A stretch of 64,000 nt of DNA, taken from contig CM052816.1 in the NCBI GenBank assembly GCA_028534125.1, positions 63,118,001 through 63,182,000 on the forward strand. The letters run 5' to 3'. Source of the stretch: Lama glama. Taxonomy: Eukaryota. The notes beneath the pieces were generated by a model that worked only from the letters and a program-made list of their open reading frames with translations, was not told where the DNA came from and did no database searches. The position numbers and the translations under genes are program-made. Positions 26,211-39,714 of the stretch are shown here, one piece after another. Position 1 is the first letter of the stretch; every line of letters begins with the position of its first letter.

Positions 26211-27009
26211 TAAGGCACTGTACCAAGACATCTCCTGGGCACCAAATCTATGATGTCTGTGTCCCAGTATCTTAAACAATGTTTCATCAAAATAGCTTAT
26301 TCCAGCAGCCCTTTTCTTCCCACAGTTCTGGTAGAAATCCTGAGGGCTGGGTTGATAGGGGCAGATCCCTTCAATACTCTCCATGGTTCTTCCCTTCGAC
26401 AGCCTCTGTGCCTTTCTGATTCTGTGCTCTGTCCTTTCATCAAAAGAAAACCCTCATGAAAGCAGACTTGCAAATCAAGGTCTAGTGGGCCCACCAATGG
26501 TTCCACAATTAGGTAGAAAAATGAGTTCAAATAATAACGCCCTAGATTTACACTGTCTGTCAAAAAAAAAAAAAAACAAAAACCACTCTAAGATATTTAA
26601 TAAACTCCCCAGATAAATACTAGGTAAAAAGGGAGAATGGAAGACAAGTAATATAAATGTTCTCAAAGTAAACTAAGTTATTCTCTGGATTCTCTCCTCA
26701 ATACTATATTTCACATGTTTAAGTACATTCACTATATGCAAGGTCTCACTTGCGATGCAGTTATTCTGGTGCCTCCATCTACACTTTCCAATTTAGGGAA
26801 TTGACTATTTCTTCAAAGAACATCACTGAATATGTCTTATCCAGAAACATTTCTGAGGAAACTTTGAACAACTGAGAGTCACTTTTTCGTTGTTGTTAAC
26901 AATGCTGATATGAGGTGTTTACAGAGCAACAGATTCAATTTTGTGAAACATTAGAAAAACAAGAAACAGTTCAGTGTTTCAGAATATGAAGAAAAGGGCT
27001 TTATTTTAC

Positions 27010-27121
27010 TTGTCTTCGGCTTTGAGCTCGACAGACCTGTCTGCCTGCCTTTGAATGCAGCGTTGCAGCGTGTAGAGATGCTCTTCTATTTCCTACATCA
27101 TTCATAACTTCCACAGCAGTT
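27010..27121 (-). pseudogene. Candidate exon TAVEVMNDVGNRRASLHAATLHSKAGRQVCRAQSRRQ (no stop)
   Basis: Acceptor tattacttttgcag, donor CAA|gtaaaa, 112 nt, phase 2 to 0, retains CpGs. Confidence 0.4.
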
Positions 27122-27459
27122 CTGCAAAAGTAATACACATTATTCTTCCAAACCAAAGAAGCAGTATCCTAATTTTGTTATTCTACTGGTCACTGGGACT
27201 TCTGTCCAAGCAGAAATAACTTACATTTCTATGAATAGCACTGACAAGTTTTCAAAACATTATCAACCAGTTTTATCTTGACCTGGACTTTCCTCTCACT
27301 GCTTCTCTACTTCCTTTCTCCTTCCATCCTCTAAATACAGATGTTTCCTCAGGTTTAATCCATGGTCCCTTCCTTTTTCTATGTACAATTACTTTTCTTG
27401 TAACCATGACGACGTTCAATGCCTCAAATATAACTGTATTCAAAATTCTCTCCTACATC

Positions 27460-27945
27460 TGATTAAAAAAAAACTTTAAATAAATAGAAATAACTCAAGA
27501 TCTCTTTCACATGATACTAGTATTGTGCTTAATAGGAAACAATAGTGGTATTTCCTCCATTAAAGTGAAAAATGAAGTAGAAGCAAATAATCCCACTGTT
27601 ATTTTTACATTGTTCTGGAAGAATTAGCCAATACAATTAGGCAAGACAAATGAGATGCATAAAAAAATTGTAAAGGAGGAGGTAAAATTACCTCTCCTTC
27701 AGGTGACATGAGTCAGGGACTCCAGGGATCACCATTCCCATTGTATTCTGGTTGTGTTATGTGCTGAGCTGTCATGACTGTACGCCTGTAAAACCAAAGG
27801 ATTTCACTGAAAAACTGCTACAAACAATAAGAGAATGTAGTAAGGTGACTGGAAAAAACTAACATACAGAAAGCAATAGCTTTCAGGTATAAAACAGCCC
27901 TAGTTAGAACACGTAATGGTAGGAAAAGACCCAAGTTACAACAGC
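27460..27945 (+). mobile_element. Old L1 ORF2 fragment
   Basis: cattgttctggaagaattagccaatacaattaggcaaga...ggaggtaaaattacctctc...aaaactgctacaaacaataagagaat. Confidence 0.65.
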
Positions 27946-27947
27946 AA

Positions 27948-28019
27948 TTTTGTTTACTGAAGTATAGTTGATTTACAATGTTGTGTTAGTTTCAGGGGTA
28001 CAGCAAAGTGATTCAGTCT

Positions 28020-28055
<36 letters not shown>

Positions 28056-28648
28056 CCTTCTCAGATTCTTTTCCATTATAAGTTATTACAAGATTTTGAA
28101 TATAGTTCCCTGTGTTATACAGTAGGTCTTTGTTATCTATTTTATATAGTGTGTACATGTTAATCCCAAACTCCTAATTTATCACCCTCCTACCTTTCCC
28201 CTTTGGAAACCATAGATTGCTATGTTTGTGAGTCTGTTTCTAGTTTGTAAATAAGTTTATTTGTATCTTTTTTTAGACTCCAACAATAAGTGATATCATA
28301 TGATATTTGTCTTTGACTTACTTCACTTAATATGATGATCTCTAGGTCCATCTATGTTGTTGCAAATGGCATTATTTCATTCTTTTTATGGTTGAGTAAT
28401 ATTCCACTGTGTATATAACTCCCCCCTTTTCTTTATCCATTCATTTATTAATGGGCATTTAGGTTACTTCCATGTCTTGACTATTGTAAATAGTGCTGCT
28501 ATGGACATTTGGGGTGCATGTATCTTTTTGAATTAGAGTTTTCTCTGGATATACACCCAGGAGTGGGACTGCTGGATCATACAGTAACTCTATTTTCAGT
28601 TTTTTTAAGGAAACTCTATATTGTTCTCCATAGTGGCTGCACCAATCT
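27948..28648 (-). mobile_element. Lineage-specific L1 3' end (runs into the assembly gap)
   Basis: Antisense 3'UTR tgaagtatagttgatttacaatgttg...ttacaagattttgaatatagttccctgtg and ORF2 end gttctccatagtggctgcacc. Confidence 0.9.
28024..28053. repeat. (TG)n microsatellite inside an L1 3'UTR
   Basis: About 15 TG units. Confidence 0.95.
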
Positions 28649-29148
28649 NNNNNNNNNNNNNNNNNNNNNNNNNNNNNNNNNNNNNNNNNNNNNNNNNNNN
28701 NNNNNNNNNNNNNNNNNNNNNNNNNNNNNNNNNNNNNNNNNNNNNNNNNNNNNNNNNNNNNNNNNNNNNNNNNNNNNNNNNNNNNNNNNNNNNNNNNNNN
28801 NNNNNNNNNNNNNNNNNNNNNNNNNNNNNNNNNNNNNNNNNNNNNNNNNNNNNNNNNNNNNNNNNNNNNNNNNNNNNNNNNNNNNNNNNNNNNNNNNNNN
28901 NNNNNNNNNNNNNNNNNNNNNNNNNNNNNNNNNNNNNNNNNNNNNNNNNNNNNNNNNNNNNNNNNNNNNNNNNNNNNNNNNNNNNNNNNNNNNNNNNNNN
29001 NNNNNNNNNNNNNNNNNNNNNNNNNNNNNNNNNNNNNNNNNNNNNNNNNNNNNNNNNNNNNNNNNNNNNNNNNNNNNNNNNNNNNNNNNNNNNNNNNNNN
29101 NNNNNNNNNNNNNNNNNNNNNNNNNNNNNNNNNNNNNNNNNNNNNNNN
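28649..29148. other. Assembly gap (500 N)
   Basis: Run of n. Confidence 1.
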
Positions 29149-29329
29149 GAAAAACAGTATCAGTATAGAAAAACCTAAACTGTAACTGAAAAATTGCTAA
29201 GACTCGGTGTGAGAAACAGTCTAAGAGTTAAAAACTCTAGGGGACCAGGCCATGGGGAAGGCTCCATACTTTTGCGGATTTTACCTCCAAAAGCCCTACC
29301 AGGTTCTCACAGTGAAAATCAGAGAACAC

Positions 29330-29455
29330 AGCCAATATTTTATAATAACTTTAAACGGAGTATAATCTATAAAAATATAGAATCACTATGCTGTACACCT
29401 GAAAATAATATAATATTGTAAATCAAATATACTTCAATTAAAAATAAATAAAATT
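29330..29455 (+). mobile_element. Short L1 3' tail (cetartiodactyl type)
   Basis: aatcactatgctgtacacctgaaa...tattgtaaatcaaatatacttcaattaaaaataaataaa. Confidence 0.75.
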
Positions 29456-29659
29456 TTTTAAAAACAGAATTTTTTTTTAAAAAGAGAGAAAGAAACAGAA
29501 CAAATATTTGAAGCAATAATGACTGAGAATTTTCCCAAACTACTTTCAGGCACCAAACCACAGACCTAGGACTCAGAGAACATCATGATAAATATCAAAG
29601 AAAAACTACATCTAGGCATATCGTATTCAAGCTGAAAAAAAAAATCAAGAACAAGTAGT

Positions 29660-32310
29660 TTTATTCACCATAGTACTAGAAGCCCTAGCCAGAGCACTAG
29701 GCAAGAAAAAGAAATAAAGGGCATTTAAATCAAAAAGGAAAAGATAAAATTTCACTATTTGCACATGACTTGATATTACATACAGAAAACTCTAAAGACT
29801 CCACCAAAAAAACTCTTAGAACTAACCAATGAAGTCAATAAAGTTGCAGTATACAAAATCAATATACAAAAATTAGCTGTGTTTCTATATACTAGACCTA
29901 TCAGGAAAAAATGAAGAAAGCAATCTCATTAAAAATTGCATCAATAATAAAATGACTAGGAATAAATTTAACAAATGTGAAAGACTTGCACACTTAAAAC
30001 TCTAGGAAAAGAATACACTGAAAAATACAAAAATAAATGGAAATATATTCCATGCTCATGACTTGGAAGAATTAATATTATTAAAACCTCCATACTACCT
30101 AAAGCCATCTACTGATTCAATGCAAACCCTGTCAAAATTCCAATGGCATTTTCAACAGAAATAGAACAACCAACCCTAAAATTTGAATGGAATCACAACA
30201 CTCAGAATAGTTAAAAAAAATCTCGAGAAAGAACAATGCTGGAGGTATCGCACTTTCTGATTTCAAACTATATTACAAAACTATAGTAATCCAAAAAGCC
30301 TGGAGTTGGCATAAAAACAGACACTTAGATCAATGAAATAGAATAAAGAGCCCAGAAATAAACTCATGCATAGGTGGTCAATCAAGTTATAAAAAAGGAG
30401 CCAAGAATATACAATGGGGAAAGTAAGTTTCTTCAACAAACGGTGTTGGGAAAACTGAACAGTCACATGTAAATGAATGAACCTCAAATATTATCTTACA
30501 CTATACACAAAAATATGAGTTCAATGTGGATTAAAGCTTTGAACATAAGACCTGAAACCATAAAACTTCTAAAAGAAAACAGGCAGTAAACTCTTGACAT
30601 CAGTCTTGACAATGATTTTTTTGGATCTGACACCAAAATCAATGGCAAAAAAGCAAAAGCAAACAAGTAGGACTATATAAGACTTAAAAAAAAAAAAAGC
30701 CTCTGCACAGCAAAGGAAAGCATTAACAAAATGAAAAGGGAATGTACTGAATTGGAGAAAATATTTGTAAATCATACACCTGATAAGAGGTTAGTACTCA
30801 ATATATACAGGTATACCTTGTTTATGGTGCTTCTCTTTATTGTGCTTTGCAGAAATTGCATTTTTTACAAACGAAGGTTTGTAGCAACCCTGCACTGAGC
30901 AAGTCTATCATCACCATTTTGCCAACAGCATTTGCTCACTTCATGTCTCTGTGTCACATTTTGATAATTCTTGCCATATTTCAAACTTTTTCATTATTAT
31001 TATATTTGTTATGGTGATCTGTGATCAGTGATCTTTGATGTTTCTATTGCAAAAAATGTATGACTCACTGAGGGCTCAGATAATGGTTAGCATTTTTTAG
31101 TAAGAAAGTATTTTTTAATTAAGGTATGTACTTTTCTTAGACATAATGCTATTGCACACTTTGAACAGACTATAGTATAGTGTAAACATAACTTTTATAT
31201 GTACTGGGAAAAAAATCATGTGACTCACTTCATTGTGGCTTTACTGGCTTTACTGTGGTAGTCTGGAACCAAACCCACAGTATCTCCAAGGAGTGCCTGT
31301 ATAAAAAACTCATACAACTCAACAGCAAAACAAACAACAACAACAACAAAAATTCAATTCAGTGGATCCAAACAGACATTTTTTTCAAAGACACACAATG
31401 GCCAACAGGTACATGATAAGGTGCTCAACATCACTAATCATAAGGAAAATTCAGATCAACACCACAGTAAGATATCACCTCGCACCTATAAGAATGGCTG
31501 TTATCAGAAAGAAAAAACAAATGTTAGTAAGGATGTGGAGAAAAAGAACCCTTGTCTATTGTTGTTTAGAATGTGAACTGATGCAGCCATTATGAAAAAT
31601 AGTATGGAGATTCCTCAAAAGATTAAAAATCATATGATCCAGCAATTCCACTTCTGAGTACATATCCAAAGGAAATAAAAACAGGATCTTGAAAAGATAT
31701 CTACACTCCCATGCTCACTGCAGCATTAGTCATCACAGTCAAAATATGGAAGCAACCTGAGCATCTGCCAATGGACAATTGGACAAAGAGGATGCGGCAT
31801 ACAGGTACAATGGAGTACTATTCACCCACAAGAAAGGAGGAAATTCTGACATTTCCAACACAGGGATGGACCTGAGAGCATTATGCTAAGTGAAGTAAGT
31901 CAGGCAGAGAAAGACCACACTGTATACCATTCATATGTGGAATCTAAAAAAGCTGAAATCACAGTAAGAGTACAAAAGGGGTTGCCAGGGGTTGGGGTGG
32001 GTATAGGAGAAATGGGGAGATGTTGGCCAAAGGATATAGACTTTCAGTTACAAGATGAAAAAGTTATGGAGATATAATGTATAGCATGGTGATTATAGTT
32101 AATACTACTGTTTATACTTGAAAGTTGCTCAGAGAGTAGACCTTAAATGTTCTCACCACACAAAAGAAGTGGTAACTCTGCGATGTGTCAGAGGCGCTAC
32201 CTAACACTAGAGGAGCAGTCATTTTGCATTGTATAAATGTATCAAATCAAAACGGTGTACATCTTAAATTTATACAATATTATGTATCAATTCTATCTCA
32301 ACATAACTGG
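29660..32310 (+). mobile_element. L1MA9/10-like element, ORF2 3' half plus 3'UTR, degenerate
   Basis: ORF2 motifs (tattcaccatagtactagaagccctagccagagc, catgctcatg...gaagaattaatatt, aaactatattacaaaactatagtaatc). 3'UTR agagtagaccttaaatgttctcaccac...atgtatcaattctatctcaa. Confidence 0.9.
30808..31299 (+). mobile_element. Internally deleted Tigger1 (Tc1/mariner-pogo) element nested in L1
   Basis: TIRs caggtatacctt...aaggagtgcctg with TA duplications at 30806-30807 and 31300-31301. Both Tigger1 ends are present and the transposase is missing. Confidence 0.9.
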
Positions 32311-33919
32311 GACAGGGTGGGGGGATGATATCAGAATAGGAAACTTGCATAAAGTTTGTAGATACAGTCTTTTCTCCTTTTGTTTTCCTCAATTGTCATA
32401 CTTATAATAAAAGCTTACATCAAATGTTTAAGCCTCTTATATTTCAATGCCAATAATAACAACATGGAGATGATGGGGTATAGTATAAACTTAATAAGCA
32501 TGTACCTTGACATTGTTTATTAGATATTCTGATTTTATATTTACAATACAGGTAAAATTACTTAAAAACAAATACACAGGAGTATGTCTAGAAAATTCGT
32601 CTTTCAAAAAAAGCATTAATATTCTCTCTGCCTTCTTTGTACTATCAGAGATAGAAAATTACCATTACCAAGTTATCTGCTGCTAAGGAGACAGATGGCT
32701 TTATTGTGTCTGTCTGTATGATTCAAAAAGAGAAAGTCTAATGGCTGTCATTTTTCTAATATTATAGTATGTGAAATACAAGAACAACTGTAAAGGGGGA
32801 TTACTCCAGGGAAGGAAAATGATCAAGTAGCTAATGAAAACTCATTGTACAAAATGATACCTTTCACAGATACAGTGTTAACTTCTGAGTTATTTAACAT
32901 CCTATTGAGATCACAATTATTTCCAGGAGACTAGAGGGAGATGAAGAGAGAAATTTCATACCAAAAAAGTACCACTAAGTTATGAGACCTTTCGAGATTT
33001 GAAATGTAACTTTTGTATTCATCTCAGACAAATGAACTTTTTCAATCTGCTGAGCTAGTATATAATTCAATCTGTAGGTAATACGGAATATCTTTTCCTC
33101 AGTAGATTAGTTGTACTTGAAAAATACTTCTAATTCAAAAGTGTAGTCTGCTTATTTTATTTTTACGTGTCTTTAGTACCTTATGCTCACAAATGTACTA
33201 GCTTTCCACATTAAATGTAGTTGAAGGTGACTGACAAATATTTTGATGACTTGGAGCAGCAATAACAACAACACACTACACCTGAAGTTAGAAAATGTTT
33301 CTTCTTAGAGATCACTGATTTGGACTTTATTGAAATGCAAAGAGAGAGGAAATCAATTTTCTCCCTGAATATTTATGGTGATTTCATTAAGTTGCTTATA
33401 AAGAGCAAGCAACTTAAACAGCTTGTAAATACCTTCCCACTCCCATCATCAATTAGATCACTTTTCCTGGGTGATGATCCTTCAAACTTAATGGGAAAGG
33501 GAAGTCAAATGGCTGTTTTCTCATTTTTATGAAACTCTTTTCCCACATGTTACTCTCTGAAATCAGAATGTGATTTGCAGTGAAGTACAAATCTCACTGA
33601 CTCTTTCACTCATGATCCCTTCTCCCTCAAAAGGAGCTACTACCAAGTTGATGATGCTCCTTTGAATGAACAGGGACTTAACACCCAAGAAACACAGATG
33701 AACCTATTTGCAGCTGAATGAAGAAGGGAAATCAATTTTTAAGAAGAACAAAGGGTAAGAGGGAGTTGTGCCTCAAGACACAGTCAGCCAGATCAGTACT
33801 TACTTCTCATCCTCCTCCTCTTCCTCCAGCTCCTCCATCACCATCACCATCATTAAGTGAACAACTACTTACAGCAGGCACCGTCCTTTTAACAAATGAC
33901 CTTCACATGTGTCATTTAA

Positions 33920-34097
33920 ATCAGTGTGTCCTCAGTCCTAGCTACACCTTAGAACATCGAGAGCTTTTAAAAATACAGCTGCCCAAGCCCATCACAGACC
34001 AGTTGTTTCAGTATTTTGGAGGGTAAGCCCTGAATAGCTGTATTTTCTAAGTCTTCCCAAGTGATTCTGATGCACAGTGAATCCTGAGAGTCACTGT
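33920..34097. mobile_element. MER5A1-like hAT MITE
   Basis: cagtgtgtcctcagtcctagctacaccttagaacatc...gagcttttaaaaatac...cccaagtgattctgatgcacag...tgagagtcactg. Confidence 0.7.
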
Positions 34098-35532
34098 TTT
34101 CCTGTGCTGCCACCAAACGCAACAAGCGCTTAGAACAGAAGCTATACTGATGCATGTCATATGCTTTTCAATCTAAAGCAGTAATGCTCCTAAAATTTAC
34201 AAAGCACGAGAGAAAAAGAGCCCTAAAAAAAAAAAAAAAGGAATCAATTCCCCAGTATTTTTGAAAGAGGATAAATGACCACAGAATTAGTAGGTTTGAA
34301 ATTAATTCTTCTGGGAAACAGCTAATACCATTAACAACTACCAGGACCTCAAGCACTCAGCCTTGGAGTCCAACTTTCAGTACATCTGTCATTCATTGTA
34401 ATTAGTGTCAAATTTCTAGTCACATCTAGCTGATAAAAGACACTGGCTGCAGGTAGCCAACGGCCACAGTGAAAGCAAGTAACTCTTCACAACTCTGAGG
34501 TTCCCAGTCTCCATAAGTCAAAGCATTCCTGGAAATATACCTCTCTTCAGTTGCTCCCCTTTCCCACGAGACCCGCTTTAGAGGAATGTGTCACCTTTTA
34601 TTAATACCCCTGCTCTTCAGAGATGCCTCCTCGGCAGCCTGTGCCTTATATAGTAACTTGTATCAGTTTCCTCCAGCAATTCCCTTTTCCCAAGCTCACA
34701 ATTTCACTCTCCCTGCCATCAAATTCCCTTTCATCAAAGTGGCTTCTGAGGAACACCAGAAGAAAAAAAAACATTCCAAGATTCTAAAAGGATGGGATGT
34801 GTTCTGTTTTTCCTTTCTCTCATTTTAAAAGACGCTGAGTTACATATGGTTTGTGAGAGATCCTAGGGACCATTCTGTCAGGATCCTGCTGGAAAATAGA
34901 GGAAACCTATTTTCTTATCCCGATTATTTTCAGAGTAATACAGCTTTAGCAACATGTTCACTGGCAGCTCACAGATCCTTCCAGTGGAGGATTCACCCCA
35001 TGTGCAAAGTACAAGATGGTACCCCCCACATTCACTGAAGAGCTACGGACACAGAGGCCACACGCCTTTTAAGCACAGGCAGCAGGCAGGGTCCTGCACG
35101 TGTGTGTGGAACAGAGATATTCTGTTCTAAATAGCTACTACTCCACTCCTCTGTAATTAGCACTTCCAGTTTTCCTTGGACAGAACAGTGGAAATATTTA
35201 GAATTTTTTTTCTTACAGGCCCACAATGGCAGAAGAGGTGCTGGTATACCATGAACTGTTTCCCTTAGGACCTGCATTTCATTTCTAACCAGAACACTGG
35301 CAGATTCAGTAAGATGTAATGTATGGATAATTGTATAGTTTTTTCTTCTACAGCTTACTGAAAGCAAGCCTGTTTATTTCCTTCCATAATTTTTTCCAAG
35401 ACTTTCCAATAAGAGAAATATTTATAGGACGGTTTAAAGACAACTGTGTTAGAGAAATAAGGTTTAAATATGCACTTCTAATTATACTTACGTGTGTGTG
35501 TTGGGCAACCAGTCATTAATCAAGAATATACT

Positions 35533-35679
35533 TGTTTTCTTATCTATGTTTATATATAGTGGCTAACATTTGCAAATCTCAAACTCCCAAATTTATCCCT
35601 TCCCACCCACTTTCCCCTGGTAACCGTAAGATTGTTTACTATGTCACATTGTAACTGACTGTACTTCAATTTAAAAAAA
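35533..35679 (+). mobile_element. Very short 5'-inverted L1 (twin-priming structure)
   Basis: Antisense 3'UTR segment 35533-35644, then sense tail cacattgtaactgactgtacttcaatttaaaaaaaa. TSD aagaa(t/c)atact. Confidence 0.85.
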
Positions 35680-36191
35680 AAGAACATACTGTGCACACTC
35701 TAGGTCAAAACACAGGGAGTCATGGAAGCCTAACAGTTCTCAGTCACTGTCCTCCTCAAGGAACTTACAGGAGAGTAAAGGAGATTTTCACCCGGAAAGT
35801 AATTATTTTCAGAAATGGTTTGTAAAGATGACAAACTAGCAAGGTGAGCACTCGGTGAAATCCTGAATTCCCATGCCTGAGCCTTTTTCATCACTATTAA
35901 AATAAATTAAAATACCTGCTGGTGACATAAAATACCTAAAACCAAGAAAAAGAATCATTTTTGATGGTACAATAATGTCTGTTACCATAATGCAAATTAG
36001 CTGATATGGGACTGGTAAATGAAGGAATGATACCAGGTTAACATAGAGGTTGCATTGCTTTATACATGATTTCGTTTAGCCCATTACTAATTTGTGCCAG
36101 CAAGTATTGGCAGCCGAACTCACACCACACCAGCACAGCTGAATACAGCCAGCTGCTGTACACACGGCCCACCTCCTTCCTCTTGACTCAC

Positions 36192-36347
36192 GTAGTTCGG
36201 TCACGTACTCTGTCTTAAGAGAGCTTTTGCAGGTTCTCCCAGATCGTCATACATTTTGCTCTCGTCTCCCTAACTCATCAGTCTTCGTCTTGCCTTGTAT
36301 CTTCCCCCATTCTCCCATCATCAAAGTGTCTTCTTTGAGGGAAAGTC
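36192..36347 (-). pseudogene. Candidate pseudo-exon TFPQRRHFDDGRMGEDTRQDED**VRETRAKCMTIWENLQKLS*DRVRDRT
   Basis: Acceptor gtgactatag, donor TAC|gtgagt, 156 nt, phase 2 to 2, locally CpG-rich. Confidence 0.4.
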
Positions 36348-37611
36348 CTATAGTCACAGTAGTATTTCTCATTGTTTAGGAATGTTAAAGTCTTTTGATT
36401 CTATGCTAAAATGTATACAAGGATTATTCTTGTCATTAGTGCTTTGGTCACAAAGTTGCACAGGTCCTGAATGATCTATTCCAAATTCATTTTCCCCATG
36501 AGTTCTGGAACTTTGAGTGCATGATCTTCCAGGAACACATACACAGGCCAAATGAGAACTCAAGGAAGGCACATCACTGTGGGAGTTGGAAGATGCTTAG
36601 GGGCCGTGTTACAGCTACAGAGCCTGATTCAGGTGTCAGAGGAAGAGTAAGACTCAGTTAACCACAGAGGAGACAAGAGGTGGGGAGAGTAGGAGGAGCA
36701 GAGGGGAAAGCCAACAATGTAAACCACGTGTGCAGAACCATCAGTAAAATGAGGGCAAATAGGAGAAATATATTTTAAATTAGGTTTGCCCAGAATATAA
36801 AGGCCTAAGATCCTAAAGTTTCTTCTGCAAAGAGTGAAGAGCCATTCAAGATTTAGGGCAGAGGTGGGGGCTGGGGATTGACAAAGCCATTCCCTTTGGG
36901 GGCAGCAAGGGCTTCTGGAAACATTCTAGTCTATACTTACTCTTTTAGGTTCAAAAAACTGAGGTCCAGGTAGGTGACTGATCTATTCATACTCACATTT
37001 ATTCATGGCCTGTGTCTCCTGATTCCTAGGCCAAAGCTCTTATGACTATTCCCAGACAGCACAAAAGGAAGTTTAAAATTAATACAATGACTAGTGCAAT
37101 ACTCATTAGTCCCTGAGCCAGTGAGGACCTGGACCATGAGGTATTGTTAGAAACAGAAGGAAAGGAATATATTTGTGAGATTTCAGGACACATATTTAGG
37201 CATGCTGAATGATCAGGTTTCCTAAAGTAGTAACTATATACATGTCATTCTGTATATAACAAATAACAAATTACAACAGGTAATTCACATCTCTTTTGTG
37301 ATACTACAGAAACTGTTAAGATAGTATTTGGCAATACCCAGCAGGTCTTTGCAGGGTTAAAATGCAGACAGTACATGGCTCATCTCTGAAAATAAGATTG
37401 GAAAAAGGTAAAAGGAAAAGTTAAGTCATGTGCAGGATAGTGGATTATTCCATGAAGCTGGACCAAGACCATCATCCCCTTTGCTTTTCCCAGGAAGGAA
37501 GTTACCGAACAAGAAGACCCTCCCACTCCACAATCTGGCTGACCGAAGACCCCCACTCCAAGTCGTGCAAGGAAGCCAATCCTCCATCACACGGCAGCAA
37601 AACACACTCAC

Positions 37612-37790
37612 GTAGCCTTTACACAGCTTGAGGAGAAGATGCCGCCTGGCGCAATGAGCTGGTCCCTTAGAGAGACCTCACCAGAGTAGCATTTCCTTGG
37701 CGCAGTCTAGCTTTCACAGTCGAAAATTACTGTTTTATCAGTGCACTCAGAGTTCGTCATTTTCTAAGGGACTATCACCATTTTCTCACA
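37612..37790 (-). pseudogene. Candidate pseudo-exon CEKMVIVP*KMTNSECTDKTVIFDCES*TAPRKCYSGEVSLRDQLIAPGGIFSSSCVKA
   Basis: Acceptor ttcctgagtttggtcag, donor TAC|gtgagt, 179 nt, phase 0 to 2, locally CpG-rich. Confidence 0.4.
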
Positions 37791-38952
37791 CTGACCAAAC
37801 TCAGGAAAGATGGCCACATTCACCAAAATGCCAACGAGAAAAAGTGGACACGGTACCCAGGGTCACTCGTCAATGAGTACATTCTCTTTGCAAATCTATT
37901 TGGGAAGCCAAACGTAATCAGAAAATTGTGCAGCAACCATGGAAGCAGAGGAAGGGGAATGATGCAAATGGCCTGAAAGCCCATGAAGCAAGGACAGCCT
38001 CGGACGTCCAAGTGTGTGTCAACGGGGCTCTGCCAAATGGACCAGGACACACAAGTTCACTGGTTAGGGTTGCATTGAACTGGCTTCAAAGAAACATTTT
38101 CATAAAGTATTGCATAAAGGAGAATAAAACTGAGTTAGATTTTTGAGCAATTATCAGCAACAATGTAAGAGCTGCAATTAGAATCTTTACATGATAAGTG
38201 AGTTTAAGACATTCAAAGCAAAGTTTTACTTTGCTGAAAGTTCCTGTTAAAAATTATTCTATGAACTCCTTCCAGGTGATTTCAGATTAATCTGATAACA
38301 GGTGCTAATTAGACTATGAAGGAAATTAGTGAATTAATTGTGGTTATCTTGGAACCACAGGCTCCCGGAAGAAGGGAGGCTTGTTTAAAACTGCTTACTT
38401 CAGAAGTAGTTTAGAGAGTAGTACAGTAAAATTGAACGGGAAGTCTGAGAAAAACACAGTATTGTCAGAGAAAAAGCAAACTCTTCAGTACTGCCTATAA
38501 ATGTGACTTATGGAAGAACATTAGACTAAAACTAAAAAACAGATGTTTCATTCAACTAAATTTACTTAAAGTATACTACTAAAATTAATGGCACGAAAAA
38601 TGTGTATCACATTAAAATCTTACAGTCTCTACAAAAATCTCATAATAGTATGTTTGATCAAACGTTTTCATCATTCCTCCAAGCTTGACTTAGAACTTTC
38701 AGATGTCAAATTTTTCATCTTTCTTAATAAAAGAAGCTTCTACTTTATCTAATCTCGTACTCTGATTAAAAAGTATCAGTATAAGGTAATGAGTTTTGCT
38801 GTCTGCTAATGTGTCAGATGATTTCAAGTTCTATGGAGGAATTTTCTTGGAACAAAACACACAAGCAGAGCAAACTGTCTACTTTGGCTGCTATTTCTAA
38901 GAGTTTTGGTTTTTCCTTGTGACTTTGACCTTAAATGTCTCCTTATAGATAC

Positions 38953-39011
38953 CTCTAATTCATCTTCATGGAGTCTCTTCATGACATCAATATACTGTCA
39001 GGCTGGTTTTC
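38953..39011 (-). pseudogene. Candidate pseudo-exon KPA*QYIDVMKRLHEDELE
   Basis: Strong acceptor tttttttctgtattcag, donor GAG|gtatct, 59 nt, phase 1 to 0. Confidence 0.45.
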
Positions 39012-39714
39012 CTGAATACAGAAAAAAATGGCTTTCCTACACAGATAAGTAGATATGTGGGCACAACATACATACAAGAGGAAATACAATCACAGAAGAA
39101 AACCAAGTCCAGCCCTGTCTCTCCAACAGTTAGAAAGAATTCTGACTGTCAAGTTAACTCATCCTACCATTTCCCTTCCTGCTTGGAAGCTGGTAGTTTC
39201 TCCCTTGGATTTTTTTTGCATTTTTTTTTCTTTTTCCATCCCTACCTGTTTTTTATGCTGAATTCTTTTCTCCTAGATCTTCAGACAACCTTTGAATCCT
39301 GGTTCTTCAATTACTACTCTCGTTTATCTACCAATATACCACAAAAAGACTTCCTTAAGCAGGAGGACCATGCTAGAAATTGGTGACAATACAAAAATAT
39401 AAGACACAGACTCTAGCCTCCAAATGCTATGCTCTAAGTAGGAAGAGAAAACAGGTCCATGGTATAGTTAAACAAAAATACAGATTATTCAAATAGATTC
39501 TGTTCCACCAATATTTAAGGAATGCAGAAAGTACTTCTAGAATTCAGAGACTGAAAAGATGAACGTGGGCAAGGGGCCCCATAGGAGGCTGGGAATGGAC
39601 CTACTGTGGGGCAGTGGACCTTCTGACACTGCCAAGTTCTCGGTGAAGGACAGACTATGGCACCTTCCATTAAAAAAGCTTTTCTTACAAATATGTACAC
39701 AGTGTAAAACAGAG

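Noticed and set aside
28509..29178. ORFs of 185-219 aa, plus 59302-59931
   Set aside because: Artefacts of translating through N gaps.
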